Assembly (NCBI RefSeq): GCF_000017845.1 | Contig: NC_010546.1 | Span: 2,070,001 to 2,102,000 of the forward strand | Length of the DNA stretch: 32,000 nt | Source: Crocosphaera subtropica ATCC 51142 | Lineage (GTDB): Bacteria; Cyanobacteriota; Cyanobacteriia; Cyanobacteriales; Microcystaceae | Direction: 5' to 3' | Shown: positions 9,474 to 19,309 of the stretch, piece after piece | How positions within the stretch are numbered: the stretch's first letter is position 1 | Layout: the number at the start of each line of letters is the position of its first letter | Position numbers and translations under genes: made by a program | The notes under the pieces: generated by a model | The model's input: the letters and a program-made list of their open reading frames with translations, nothing else | What the model was told of the DNA's origin: nothing | Database searches by the model: none

Positions 9474-11291
9474 ATGTCTGAATCTAATTCTTTAGCGAAC
9501 CGTTATCAACAACTTATTGATTCTATTGTGGATATTACTCTAAAAGGAAAAATTAGATCAAAAGAACAAGTTTATCGGATGTTATTGAAAGAGATTGAAT
9601 CAGGAACAGGAGAAATTTTTGAGCGGGTCCTAGATGAAAATATCCAAAAAACCACAGCACAATTAGAAAAAAAATTAAAAGCAACTCGTATTTTAAGGGC
9701 ATTACAAACGATTCAGGGTGAATGGGAACGCTGGCAAAAGGAAAATCAAAAAGAACAAGTAATTATTTTAGCCATCGAACAAATAAAAAAGGCTAATTCT
9801 CAACATTTGCTGTCTTCTTTTTTGCCTTTTCTAGATCAAAGCAATCATAATAGTTTAAATCGAGAACAATTAGAAAAATTATCTCAATCTTTAAAAGACT
9901 CGAATGATGCTGTAGAAACCCTAGAATTAGCCAATGGTATTAGGGATGGATTACGGGAATTTTCTCGTTTAGAACCTGAGTTAATTACTTGGATTTATGA
10001 ACAAAGTCAAAGTACCCTAGGGTTTGGTTCAGAAAAACAAGGACCTTGGCCTTGGTGGGAGAAAAAAACCAGTTTACCCCTGGCACAAATGCTGTTTAAA
10101 ACCTTAGCTAATAACCAATCTATTCGGGAATTATCAGAGAAAAGTTATCAAGTAGAATTAAGGGCATGGGTTGAATTAATTTTACTGTTACACTTCCTAG
10201 AAAGGGGGTTAGTTAAATGGTTCGATGAACAGCCTTATAATGCTAAGTTTGGTCAACGGTTATCCTATAGTACCTTGTTAATCTTTTCGATGATTTTTGC
10301 TCAACTTTCTCAAGGATTTACTGGTAAAAATATCAATTTAAGAGAAGGTTTCTTTTTAATGATGTTACAATCATTACGTCAGTTAACTAAGCGAAAAGAT
10401 TTTCCGTTATATGGTGGTATTTTTGCTTCATTTTCTGGTGAGAATTTGCAATATACGTTAACTTATTTTGATGATCCCCTAAAAGAAGTAGAACGTACCC
10501 AAGAAAAAGCGAGAATTTTGACCTTACTGGCTTATTCTCAACTAACATTAGGAAACTATAAACAAGCAAAACAATTTCATTTAGAAGCCTTAGAAATTGC
10601 TCAAGAATCTTCTGATAAACCCTGTGAAATTGCTAATTTTAATCATCTCAGTCGCATTTGTATTGCTGAAAAAGATTACGATCAAGCGATTAATTATAGT
10701 CAAAGGGCGTTAATGTTTTCTCGTCAAGTGGGGGATAAATTAGGGGAAGCCAACGGCTTAATTAATGTGGGTTATAGCGAGGTATTTCGGGCTAAAGAAC
10801 TCGAACAAATGAATACCGAAATCTATGAATCTGCTATCAATTATTTAGAACAAGGTGCCACATTAGCAGAGAGATTAGAAGATTATCAAAGTCAAGCATT
10901 AGCTTATAATAGTTTGGGCATTGCTTATGTCATTTTATCTCAACCCTCTGCTGCTATTACTGCTTTAGAAAAAGGCATTAAAATGGCGTTAAATTCGGGC
11001 AATACTTACCTCCAAGGGTTAAACTTTACCTACTTAGCAGAAGCCTATTATACTTTAGAAAATTTACCTCAAGCGGTTTATTCTGGATGTTTAGGAATGT
11101 ATCTATTGCATCAAATTGACTCTAGTGAATATCGGCAAGCAGCAGGGTTATTAACAGTAATAAAGGGTAAAATAACTGACAAAGACTTTCAAACTTTACT
11201 AGAACAAAATCGACCTAATATTATTAAATTGATTGGAGTGGATGGCTATGACGAAGTACCGAAATTGTTAGAAGAGTATAAAGCAGGGTAA
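9474..11291 (+). CDS. TPR repeat-containing protein, function unknown
   Basis: The ORF is open from ATG 9402. I prefer ATG 9474 (MSESNSLANRYQQ...) because the first 24 codons look like AT-rich non-coding sequence. The C-terminal half holds several 34-aa TPR-like units (e.g. ARILTLLAYSQLTLGNYKQAKQFHLEALEIAQ, ANGLINVGYSEV..., ALAYNSLGIAYVILSQPSAAITALEKGIKMA). Confidence 0.75.
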   Translation: MSESNSLANRYQQLIDSIVDITLKGKIRSKEQVYRMLLKEIESGTGEIFERVLDENIQKTTAQLEKKLKATRILRALQTIQGEWERWQKENQKEQVIILAIEQIKKANSQHLLSSFLPFLDQSNHNSLNREQLEKLSQSLKDSNDAVETLELANGIRDGLREFSRLEPELITWIYEQSQSTLGFGSEKQGPWPWWEKKTSLPLAQMLFKTLANNQSIRELSEKSYQVELRAWVELILLLHFLERGLVKWFDEQPYNAKFGQRLSYSTLLIFSMIFAQLSQGFTGKNINLREGFFLMMLQSLRQLTKRKDFPLYGGIFASFSGENLQYTLTYFDDPLKEVERTQEKARILTLLAYSQLTLGNYKQAKQFHLEALEIAQESSDKPCEIANFNHLSRICIAEKDYDQAINYSQRALMFSRQVGDKLGEANGLINVGYSEVFRAKELEQMNTEIYESAINYLEQGATLAERLEDYQSQALAYNSLGIAYVILSQPSAAITALEKGIKMALNSGNTYLQGLNFTYLAEAYYTLENLPQAVYSGCLGMYLLHQIDSSEYRQAAGLLTVIKGKITDKDFQTLLEQNRPNIIKLIGVDGYDEVPKLLEEYKAG

Positions 11292-11304
11292 ATTGACTTT
11301 TCTT

Positions 11305-13317
11305 TTATGACTTATGTCCTAACATTTTATCCCGAAGATGTTTAATTTTATCTCTATATTTAGCGGCTTCTTCAAACTCTAAATTCTTGGCAGATTCTTG
11401 CATTTGTTGTTCTAATTGTTGAATTAATTCAGGAACTTTATCTAAGGGTAAATCATCGGCTTGGGTGTAAACTTCTTCTAACTGTTGGGCATTTAAACGA
11501 CGGGATATATCTAAGAAGGATAAAATAGCATTACTTGACCTTTTAATAATGGGTTGAGGAGTAATATTATGACGCTTATTATAAGCCATTTGAATGTTTC
11601 TTCTTCTGTCTGTTTCTTCTATGGCTTTAATCATACTATCGGTTAAATTATCCCCGTATAATATAGCTTGTCCATTGACATGACGGGCAGCCCTACCAAT
11701 GGTTTGAATTAAGGATTTTTCTGCCCTTAAAAAGCCTTCCTTATCAGCGTCTAAAATAGCCACTAAAGACACTTCTGGCAAGTCTAACCCTTCCCTTAAT
11801 AGGTTAACCCCAATTAATACATCAAAGTCCCCATTTCTTAATGCTTGTAAGATTTCAATGCGTTCAATGGATTTAATTTCGGAATGCAAATATTGCACTT
11901 TAACATCTCTTTCTTGAAAATATTCGCTTAAATCTTCGGCCATTCGTTTCGTTAAAGTGGTAATTAAAACCCGTTCTTTACGCTTAACTCTTTGTTTAAT
12001 TTCTCCTAATAAATCATCCACTTGTCCCTCCGTTGGACGGACAAAAATTTCAGGATCTAAAACTCCCGTAGGACGAATAATTTGTTCAATGACTCTATCT
12101 TCTGATTGTTCAATTTCCCAGTTTCCAGGAGTAGCAGAAACAAAAATACATTGATTGACTTTATCCCAAAATTCTTCGGATTTTAAAGGTCGATTATCCG
12201 CCGCACTAGGTAAACGAAAACCATGATCAATTAACACTTTTTTCCTAGCCTGATCCCCGTTATACATTCCCCTAATTTGGGGTACAGTAACATGAGATTC
12301 ATCCACAATTAATAACCAATCTTTAGGAAAATAATCCACTAAACATTCTGGAGGTGATCCTGGTTTTCTTCCTGCTAAATGACGAGAATAATTTTCGACT
12401 CCGTTACAATAACCTACCTCTCTTAAGAGTTCTAAATCGTAACGAGTGCGTTGATCAATGCGTTGCGCTTCTAATAGTTTACCTGCTTTTTCTAAGTTTA
12501 AAACTTGCTCTTTTAACTCAATTTCTATGGCTTCACAAGCAGCTTCTAATTGTTCCTCTGGGGTAACAAAATGTCGTGCAGGATAAATATTAATATTTTT
12601 AAGACTATTTAAAATTTCTCCTGTAACGGGATCTAAATAGCGAATAGCATCAATTTCATCCCCAAAAAATTCAACTCGAACGACTCTATCTTCATAAGCT
12701 GGAACGATTTCTAAAACATCTCCTTTAACTCGAAATCTTCCTCTTTGTAAATCAAGATCATTACGAGAATATTGAACAGTAACTAAGTCTCTTAATAGTT
12801 GTCTTTGATCCACTTCTTTTCCTACTTCTAAAGGAACAGAAGCTTTTAAATATTCGGCGGGCATTCCTAACCCATAAATACAACTAATCGAAGCCACGAC
12901 AATGACATCTTTTCGCTCAAATAATGATCGGGTGGCTGAGTGCCTTAACATATCAATCTCATCGTTAATAGAGGCACTTTTTTCGATATAAGTATCACTA
13001 ACAGGAATATAAGCTTCTGGTTGATAATAATCGTAATAACTGATAAAATATTCGACAGCATTATTAGGGAAAAATTGTCTTAATTCATTGCATAATTGGG
13101 CGGCCAAGGTTTTATTATGTGCCAATACTAAGGTAGGTTTTCCTATGTTTTCAATTACCGCAGCAATGGAAAACGTTTTACCTGTTCCTGTTGCTCCTAA
13201 TAAGGTTTGAAAACGGTTATTTTCTTGTAGAGATTGGGTTAATTGTTTAATGGCAGATGGTTGATCGCCAGTGGGTTTGAATGGTGCTTGTAATTCAAAA
13301 ATGGGATAAGTAATCAT
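11305..13317 (-). CDS. uvrB: excinuclease ABC subunit B
   Basis: Walker [10 protein letters not shown], helicase motifs ([15 protein letters not shown]) and a C-terminal UVR domain [17 protein letters not shown]. The 670-aa length is typical. Confidence 0.98.
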   Translation of the reverse strand: MITYPIFELQAPFKPTGDQPSAIKQLTQSLQENNRFQTLLGATGTGKTFSIAAVIENIGKPTLVLAHNKTLAAQLCNELRQFFPNNAVEYFISYYDYYQPEAYIPVSDTYIEKSASINDEIDMLRHSATRSLFERKDVIVVASISCIYGLGMPAEYLKASVPLEVGKEVDQRQLLRDLVTVQYSRNDLDLQRGRFRVKGDVLEIVPAYEDRVVRVEFFGDEIDAIRYLDPVTGEILNSLKNINIYPARHFVTPEEQLEAACEAIEIELKEQVLNLEKAGKLLEAQRIDQRTRYDLELLREVGYCNGVENYSRHLAGRKPGSPPECLVDYFPKDWLLIVDESHVTVPQIRGMYNGDQARKKVLIDHGFRLPSAADNRPLKSEEFWDKVNQCIFVSATPGNWEIEQSEDRVIEQIIRPTGVLDPEIFVRPTEGQVDDLLGEIKQRVKRKERVLITTLTKRMAEDLSEYFQERDVKVQYLHSEIKSIERIEILQALRNGDFDVLIGVNLLREGLDLPEVSLVAILDADKEGFLRAEKSLIQTIGRAARHVNGQAILYGDNLTDSMIKAIEETDRRRNIQMAYNKRHNITPQPIIKRSSNAILSFLDISRRLNAQQLEEVYTQADDLPLDKVPELIQQLEQQMQESAKNLEFEEAAKYRDKIKHLRDKMLGHKS

Positions 13318-13356
13318 TAAGAATAATTTATAGTATTATACTAATTATAACTTAAT

Positions 13357-13653
13357 TTATTCTGCTTTATTGCCCCGAATTAAATAACGAACTTCTTCCA
13401 GTAAAACATTAAATCTTTCATCATTTTCTGCTTGTCTTTGTTTTACTAATGCCATCTCTTCATCAAATCTATCCATTCTCAGTTGATTTTGTGCAGCTAC
13501 TTGTAATAATGCTTGTGTGGTTACTCTCAAGCCGTCGATGCTATCTCGCACGTCTGAAACACTTTCTCTGAGTTCTGTAATGCTTTCTCGCATTTCATCT
13601 ACATTAGAAGCTAAACCATCAAGCATTTCATCATTCCAACGTTGTGTGGTCAT
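13357..13653 (-). CDS. hypothetical coiled-coil protein
   Basis: The track start 13662 is TTG and the first ATG is at 13653 (MTTQRWNDEM...). Heptad-repeat sequence MRESITE LRESVSD VRDSIDG LRVTTQA. No known domain recognised. Confidence 0.65.
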   Translation of the reverse strand: MTTQRWNDEMLDGLASNVDEMRESITELRESVSDVRDSIDGLRVTTQALLQVAAQNQLRMDRFDEEMALVKQRQAENDERFNVLLEEVRYLIRGNKAE

Positions 13654-13730
13654 TTTTGTCAAACCCTATTAACTTTTTATTTATTTATTGTATCTTACAA
13701 AAACAAATTTTAGAGCGATCGCTTAATCAA

Positions 13731-14894
13731 TTAATTCTTTAATAATAAATAATAAAGTTGTCCTTCATTACTAATTAAACCGGCTCGATCGCCTGCTTCT
13801 TTTCCTGTCCCCATAAAAATATCGACTCTTCCCGGTCCTTTTATGGCACTACCAGTATCTTGATCTAACACATAACGACTGACTAATTTTGCTTCGATTT
13901 CTCCTGTTTTTGTCAGATAAGGAATAGGGGTTTTAATTAAGGCTAATGCACCAGGAGGCATAATAGATTTATCCGTAGCAATGGATCGTTCAGCCGTAAC
14001 AGGAACACTTAAATTTCCTTGAGGGGGTGCGCCATCGGTTTCACGGAAGAAAATAAAGCGATTATTACGGGGTAAATAGTTGCTTAATTGTTCAGGATTT
14101 GCGTTTAAATATTCCATTAAACGGGGTAAAGTTAACTCATTTAAAGCAAAAATACCATCATTAACCACTTCTTTTCCAATACTGACATAAGGATAATCCG
14201 TACTGCTATCATAGCCGACGGTTATGGTTTCCCCATTGGTTAATTTTAGCCGAGCAGAACCTTGGACATGAACTAAATAAGCCTCTAAGCGATCGCGCAT
14301 CCAAATCAGTTCATTGCCCCTAATAATACTATTATTTCCTAACCCATCTTTTCCCTCTAATTCTAATCGTGTTGGGTGGGGTTTTTTCCAGTTGGCAAAG
14401 TCTTTTGGTTCAAGATATAATGGATAACGATACTCAGACGTTCGTTGACGACTGGCGGTATAAACTGGTTCAAAATACCCTGTAAAATGGACTGTTCCTT
14501 GATTATCATGACCCACCGATTGATACAAAGTAAATTCTTTTTCAATCGCTGCTTGTAAAGCTTTTGGAGTCTTAGCTGTTTTTAATAATTCTTTAAAACG
14601 AATTAAAGAACGACGAACACGATCGCGAGTAATTCCAGAAATGGGATAATTCTCATAAACTTCTGCTGCTTTTGGGGTATCTAAATAGCGTAAGCTATAA
14701 CTAATAGCCCGAATTAATGACCATTTATCCCCTGGATTTTCTGCGGTTCCCCAAAGTTGTTCATCTTCTGACCAAATAGTATTAATTTCTGTCGGGTTAA
14801 CCTGACGTAAGGGCAGTTGCTGCGCCATCATCATCTGTGTCGGATAAAAAGCAAATCCTAATCCTAAACAAAGAGTGGGGATAATATTATTCAT
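13731..14894 (-). CDS. mltA: murein transglycosylase A (MltA domain plus 3D domain) family protein
   Basis: 387 aa with an N-terminal signal-like segment. MltA-type core (FTGYFEP...YRYPLY...HVQGSARL) and C-terminal 3D-domain motifs (IATD..PPGALA...DTGSAIKGPGRVDIFMG). Confidence 0.85.
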   Translation of the reverse strand: MNNIIPTLCLGLGFAFYPTQMMMAQQLPLRQVNPTEINTIWSEDEQLWGTAENPGDKWSLIRAISYSLRYLDTPKAAEVYENYPISGITRDRVRRSLIRFKELLKTAKTPKALQAAIEKEFTLYQSVGHDNQGTVHFTGYFEPVYTASRQRTSEYRYPLYLEPKDFANWKKPHPTRLELEGKDGLGNNSIIRGNELIWMRDRLEAYLVHVQGSARLKLTNGETITVGYDSSTDYPYVSIGKEVVNDGIFALNELTLPRLMEYLNANPEQLSNYLPRNNRFIFFRETDGAPPQGNLSVPVTAERSIATDKSIMPPGALALIKTPIPYLTKTGEIEAKLVSRYVLDQDTGSAIKGPGRVDIFMGTGKEAGDRAGLISNEGQLYYLLLKN

Positions 14895-15166
14895 CGAATC
14901 AGGTTATGGAGTAAGGAAACAAATGTCGTTAGGGCTATTTAATCATACTTTGTCCCTCTTTTATAGCAGGTTTCATTTGCATAGATTAAACATGAAAATA
15001 CAAATACTCCCCACACTCACTCTGACTGACAATTTGGATACATTCAATTGGAAACGGCTGTTAGACTGATGAAAGAGAGATATCTTTCCTAGTTGCTCAG
15101 GGTAAAATAGATTAACGAATGAGAATTTTTCCTAAGTAAGAACAACAAGAGGTTCAAGAAATCCCC

Positions 15167-15577
15167 ATGGCAACAGTTTTGATTGTAGAAGATGATCCGA
15201 TTAACCTTCGTGTTTTTTCAAAAATTCTCACCAAACGGGGCGGTTTAACCGTCAAAGGGACTGAAGATGTAGATGAAGTGATGACCATTGCTCAACAGGG
15301 CGAAGTTGATATTATTCTGATGGATGTTTCTCTGTCCCATAGCGTTTATCAAGGAGAAGCCGTCGATGGCATCAAAATCACTCAATTTCTTAAAGCTGAT
15401 CCCAAAACGGCGCATTTACCGATTATTTTAGTCACTGCCCATGCAATGGAAGGCGATCGTGAGCATTTCTTAGAAAAAAGTGGGGCTGATGGTTATATTT
15501 CTAAACCTGTTGTGGATCATGAAAAATTTGTTAATCAGATTTTAACGACCATCACTCATCATCCTCAACCTCAGTAA
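15167..15577 (+). CDS. single-domain response regulator (CheY-like receiver)
   Basis: VLIVEDDPIN acidic pocket, phospho-acceptor D53 in IILMD, T90 (LVTAH), K113 (YISKP). No output domain and no adjacent kinase. Confidence 0.9.
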   Translation: MATVLIVEDDPINLRVFSKILTKRGGLTVKGTEDVDEVMTIAQQGEVDIILMDVSLSHSVYQGEAVDGIKITQFLKADPKTAHLPIILVTAHAMEGDREHFLEKSGADGYISKPVVDHEKFVNQILTTITHHPQPQ

Positions 15578-15718
15578 CCTGAGTTCGGTGTTAGGAGTTC
15601 GGAGTGCGACTACGTCGTGCTACGCAACGGAGTTAGGATTTTTTTAACGAGGGAATCAGAGTTTGAGACTTCCTATTTTGACACGTTATCTATCAATTTC
15701 CTTATATCGAACTCAGGT
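15576..15718 (+). repeat. MITE-like repeat element, copy A (full length)
   Basis: ACCTGAGTTCG (15577-15587) is the exact reverse complement of CGAACTCAGGT (15708-15718). Between them lie eight in-phase heptamers from 15581 (GAGTTCG GTGTTAG GAGTTCG GAGTGCG ... GAGTTAG), a T7 run (15639-15645) and the core AACGAGGGAATCAGAGTTTGAGA (15646-15668). Related copies occur at 22748 and 28133. Confidence 0.8.
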
Positions 15719-15744
15719 CAGGTTCATATAAAGTCTTAATAGTC

Positions 15745-15782
15745 AATAAAAAAGAATCCTGATCGAAACAAGATCGATCAGG
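15745..15782 (-). terminator. rho-independent terminator of the EF-G gene
   Basis: CCTGATCGA (15758-15766) and TCGATCAGG (15774-15782) form a 9-bp stem with a 7-nt loop. On the minus strand the hairpin is followed by ATTCTTTTTTATT (complement of 15745-15757). It lies 30 nt after the EF-G stop. Confidence 0.75.
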
Positions 15783-15811
15783 CAAAAAATAATAAATGTC
15801 AACGGAAAAGT

Positions 15812-17905
15812 TTAAGCAAGGGCTGCTTGACGTTCGTGAGCCTCTTTAATGACCTCTTCTGCTACATTAGCAGGACAGGGGGCATAGTGAGAAAACTCCA
15901 TAGAGAACTGGCCCCGGCCTGATGTCATAGTCCGTAGATCACCAATATAACCAAACATTTCACTTAAGGGAACATCAGCTTTAATACGGGCCCCCATAGG
16001 AGTAGAATTTTGAGACTTAATCATGCCACGACGACGGTTGAGATCGCCGATGACATCTCCCATGTAATCATCTGGAGTAAACACATCTACGTGCATGATA
16101 GGTTCTAATAACTGAGGACCAGCTTTGGGAACCGATTGACGATAAGCTGCTTTAGCTGCAATTTCAAAGGCGATCGCAGAAGAGTCAACGGGGTGATAAG
16201 CACCATCCATTAAGGTTACTTTGAGGTCAACACAAGGATAACCCGCTAAAACCCCTTTATCAATACTCTGTTCAAAGCCTTTTTGAACAGCCGGCCAAAA
16301 TTCTCTGGGAACGTTACCACCAGTTACCTTGGACTCGAACTGGAAGCCACTGCCGGTTTCCCCTGGTTCGATCACATAGTCAATCTTACCAAATTGACCG
16401 GAACCCCCAGACTGTTTCTTGTGGGTGTAACTGTCGTTAATGGTTTTGGTAATGGACTCACGATAAGCGACTTGAGGTTTACCCACTTCCACTTCTACCC
16501 CATGAGTCCGCTTGAGAATATCTACCTTAATATCCAGGTGTAATTCTCCCATCCCTTTAATAATGGTTTCACCGCTTTCTTGGTCGGTTTCCATGTAGAA
16601 AGAGGGGTCTTCTTGAACCATTTTACTTAACGCCATGGACATTTTTTCGTTGTCCCCTTTCTTCTTGGGTGAAACAGCCACAGAAATTACTGGATCTGGG
16701 AAGACCATCGGTTCTAGGGTAGCCGGGGCTTTGGGATCACAAAGGGTATGTCCGGTTTGTACTGTTTTCATCCCCACAATGGCCACAATGTCGCCGGCTT
16801 GGGCGGTTTCAATTTCTTCACGGGAGTTAGCGTGCATTTCTACCAAACGACTCACCCGTTCGGTTTTGCCAGTGGCATTATTGAGAATGGTATCCCCTTT
16901 AGAGATGGTTCCTGAATAAATACGGGTGAAAGTCAACGCCCCAAAGCGATCGTCCATAATCTTGAAAGCTAAGGCTCGCAAGGGTTTTTCAGGGTCAACG
17001 TGAGCAAAGGCTCCTTCGATTTTATTGCCTTCTGCATCCATTTCGGGCTGAGGGGGAACTTCTGTGGGGTTGGGGAGATAGTCAACTACGGCATCGAGAA
17101 CTAATTGTACCCCTTTGTTTTTGAAAGAAGAACCGCAATAGGTGGGGAAAAAGGCTAGTTCACGGGTTCCTTTACGGATACAGGCTTTAATTTCATCGAT
17201 GGTGATTTCTTCCCCTTCGAGATATTTCTCCATGATGGCATCGTCTTGCTCGATGGCAAATTCAACCATGGCTTCACGATACTCTTCCACTTGTTCCTTC
17301 ATGTCTTCGGGAACTTCTTCGATGGTGTAGTTCATGGGATCACCCGAATCATCCCAGATCCACGCTTTTCTGGTCAGTAAATCGACCACACCCTTAAAGT
17401 CACTTTCAATACCGATGGGAAGTACCATGACTAAGGGGGTCGCTGCTAAAATTTCTTCAACTTGTTTGACAACGCTGAAAAAGTCCGCTCCGGTTCTATC
17501 TAATTTATTGACGTAGATGATTCGCGCCACCTTAGAATCGTTCGCATAACGCCAGTTGGTTTCAGACTGAGGTTCGACTCCGCCTGAACCACAAAATACC
17601 CCAATCCCACCGTCAAGAACTTTTAGGGAACGATATACCTCAATGGTGAAGTCAACGTGACCAGGGGTATCAATGATGTTGAGTTGATGATCCTTCCAGA
17701 AGCAACTGGTGGCTGCTGACTGAATGGTAATACCCCGTTCTTGTTCTTGTTCCATGAAGTCGGTGGTCGCTGCACCTTCGTGTACTTCACCGATTTTGTG
17801 GATTTTTCCTGTTAATTTGAGAATTCTTTCGGTTGTGGTGGTTTTTCCAGCATCTACGTGAGCAAAGATGCCGATGTTTCTATAGAGGGTAAGGTCTTTC
17901 TTCAT
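15812..17905 (-). CDS. fusA: elongation factor G (stand-alone paralog, not in an str operon context)
   Basis: G1 [10 protein letters not shown]3 DTPGH, G4 NKLD, and full five-domain length. The track start 17932 is TTG. The ATG at 17905 gives the canonical [24 protein letters not shown]-terminus. Confidence 0.95.
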   Translation of the reverse strand: MKKDLTLYRNIGIFAHVDAGKTTTTERILKLTGKIHKIGEVHEGAATTDFMEQEQERGITIQSAATSCFWKDHQLNIIDTPGHVDFTIEVYRSLKVLDGGIGVFCGSGGVEPQSETNWRYANDSKVARIIYVNKLDRTGADFFSVVKQVEEILAATPLVMVLPIGIESDFKGVVDLLTRKAWIWDDSGDPMNYTIEEVPEDMKEQVEEYREAMVEFAIEQDDAIMEKYLEGEEITIDEIKACIRKGTRELAFFPTYCGSSFKNKGVQLVLDAVVDYLPNPTEVPPQPEMDAEGNKIEGAFAHVDPEKPLRALAFKIMDDRFGALTFTRIYSGTISKGDTILNNATGKTERVSRLVEMHANSREEIETAQAGDIVAIVGMKTVQTGHTLCDPKAPATLEPMVFPDPVISVAVSPKKKGDNEKMSMALSKMVQEDPSFYMETDQESGETIIKGMGELHLDIKVDILKRTHGVEVEVGKPQVAYRESITKTINDSYTHKKQSGGSGQFGKIDYVIEPGETGSGFQFESKVTGGNVPREFWPAVQKGFEQSIDKGVLAGYPCVDLKVTLMDGAYHPVDSSAIAFEIAAKAAYRQSVPKAGPQLLEPIMHVDVFTPDDYMGDVIGDLNRRRGMIKSQNSTPMGARIKADVPLSEMFGYIGDLRTMTSGRGQFSMEFSHYAPCPANVAEEVIKEAHERQAALA

Positions 17906-18241
17906 ATTTACTTCTAGCGTTAGGTTTGACAAATGGTTAGCATCTACTGAAAGGGAGTACCTACAGAGGAATCGGCGTTGCCTTTGATAGCTTAATTGAG
18001 CTATGCTAAACCACTCTCGAATATAAGTTTTGAGGTTTTGGCTATCTCAATTGTAGACAAGTCTATTTTCGCCTTTTTCATTACCAATTGTAATTAATTG
18101 TAAATTACTTTGGCCAAGTTTCATGATAAGCGAAGGGTAATGGGGTGATGGAATGAGGAGAATTTTGTTATCCAAAGTTCTCATAACTTGTTTGTCTAAC
18201 ATCCTCCCCTAATTTAATCATCCCACTCCTTCCCAACAGGG

Positions 18242-19174
18242 TTAAACTAGCCTTAAATTAGGATAGTTGACTAAAACATCGTCTCTGCTTAGGGTGTCTC
18301 CTTCTGCTTGAGGAGTCCACAATATTTCAACGGCTAAGAGGCGATCGCTACCAATGGAAGCAATTTGTTGCAGGGCCTGTTGAAGATTATCAACTTCGTT
18401 GATCTGGGGTAGGTCTAATTTTCCTTGAACCCCGACAATGATCGAGGCCACAATATATTCCCCTGTTTCTGTGAATTTAGATAATTCTCCTTTGCCTTCT
18501 AATAATTGGGTTGGAGAACTTCCTCGTAGTTGGTTGTTGACATTAGAGAGGGTTTCTGAACTGAATTTACTTCTTTCGGCTAAGGCCAGTTGATTAAATT
18601 TGGCTTCTGCTGCATCAATACCGGTGGTATTGGCTTCGGTTAAACCAGACACCCAATATTCAGGATGACGTAGGAGGGCTAAACTGGCTTCTTGGAGTAC
18701 GGTTGCCCGTCCAGATGCGGTGTTAGTGTCGGCGGTTTGGGCTAATTCGTCGAGTTCTTTTTGTAGGTAACGGCCACTGGCTAATAATCCGACCTGAACT
18801 TTAGCAACCGATACCTTAGTATTATCGTAGCTGTTGCCTATTTGATCACCGCCTAAGTTGCTGACGGTTCTGATTAAGAAGTTAGCTAGGGCAATGACGA
18901 TAAGGACGGTAAATAGGCTACCAAAGCCCCCAAAACCAAAGAAGGGAATAAGGAAGGGAAAGCCAAAGCCTCCGCCCCCATAACCGTAACCTCCGCCTCC
19001 GTATCCACCGCCCCTAGGGGAACTATAGGTACGGCTAGGGCCTCTAAAGGAACCACCGCCAATTCTCCCCCCAGTACGGGCTGCTAAGGCACTGCCTACG
19101 TCTCCAAACACCAGGGTAATGACTAAAACGAGGATTAGTAAGGGTTTGAAAAAGGGTTTAATTTTTTTTAACAT
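18242..19174 (-). CDS. DUF1517 domain-containing membrane protein
   Basis: Signal/TM helix, a Gly-rich segment (GGRIGGGSFRGPSRTY...GGGYGGGGYGYGGGGFGFPF), a TM helix, then a conserved soluble C-terminal domain. The layout is recalled from cyanobacterial/plant DUF1517 proteins. Confidence 0.75.
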   Translation of the reverse strand: MLKKIKPFFKPLLILVLVITLVFGDVGSALAARTGGRIGGGSFRGPSRTYSSPRGGGYGGGGYGYGGGGFGFPFLIPFFGFGGFGSLFTVLIVIALANFLIRTVSNLGGDQIGNSYDNTKVSVAKVQVGLLASGRYLQKELDELAQTADTNTASGRATVLQEASLALLRHPEYWVSGLTEANTTGIDAAEAKFNQLALAERSKFSSETLSNVNNQLRGSSPTQLLEGKGELSKFTETGEYIVASIIVGVQGKLDLPQINEVDNLQQALQQIASIGSDRLLAVEILWTPQAEGDTLSRDDVLVNYPNLRLV

Positions 19175-19309
19175 ACAACGATAACTAGATGATCCGAATA
19201 ATCTCTTATTTCTAGTTTATCGATATTTGCTTTGTGAGTTGTTTATCTATCGTTTTATTTTTACTTTCTCTATCACACATGTATTGTAATATCAAGTGTT
19301 ATAAACCAA

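Noticed and set aside
14875-15069. 64-aa plus-strand ORF in the mltA / response-regulator divergent spacer
   Set aside because: It overlaps the mltA start codon region and has no Shine-Dalgarno sequence and no recognisable sequence features. The region is more plausibly promoter DNA for the two divergent genes.
15581-15643. Heptamer arrays considered as a CRISPR or minisatellite locus
   Set aside because: The units are 7 nt with no spacers and there are no cas genes. The periodicity and context fit STRR-type repeats embedded in a MITE-like element, not CRISPR.
16283-17516. Four plus-strand ORFs (60-94 aa) antisense to the EF-G gene
   Set aside because: All lie inside the EF-G coding frame, none has recognisable motifs, and they are Ser/Thr-rich reverse-frame artefacts.
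17906-17932. TTG/GTG-extended starts in the ORF track (also 3322, 5485, 13662, 21931, 22149)
   Set aside because: The track opens ORFs at the first alternative start. In each case an in-frame ATG a few codons downstream gives a more canonical N-terminus, sometimes with a Shine-Dalgarno sequence. Exact starts remain uncertain without homolog alignment.
18086-18103. NtcA-like site (GTA-N8-TAC) upstream of the EF-G paralog
   Set aside because: The sequence is GTA-N8-TAA, so the second half-site does not match the consensus. It is retained only as a phased direct repeat in the EF-G finding.
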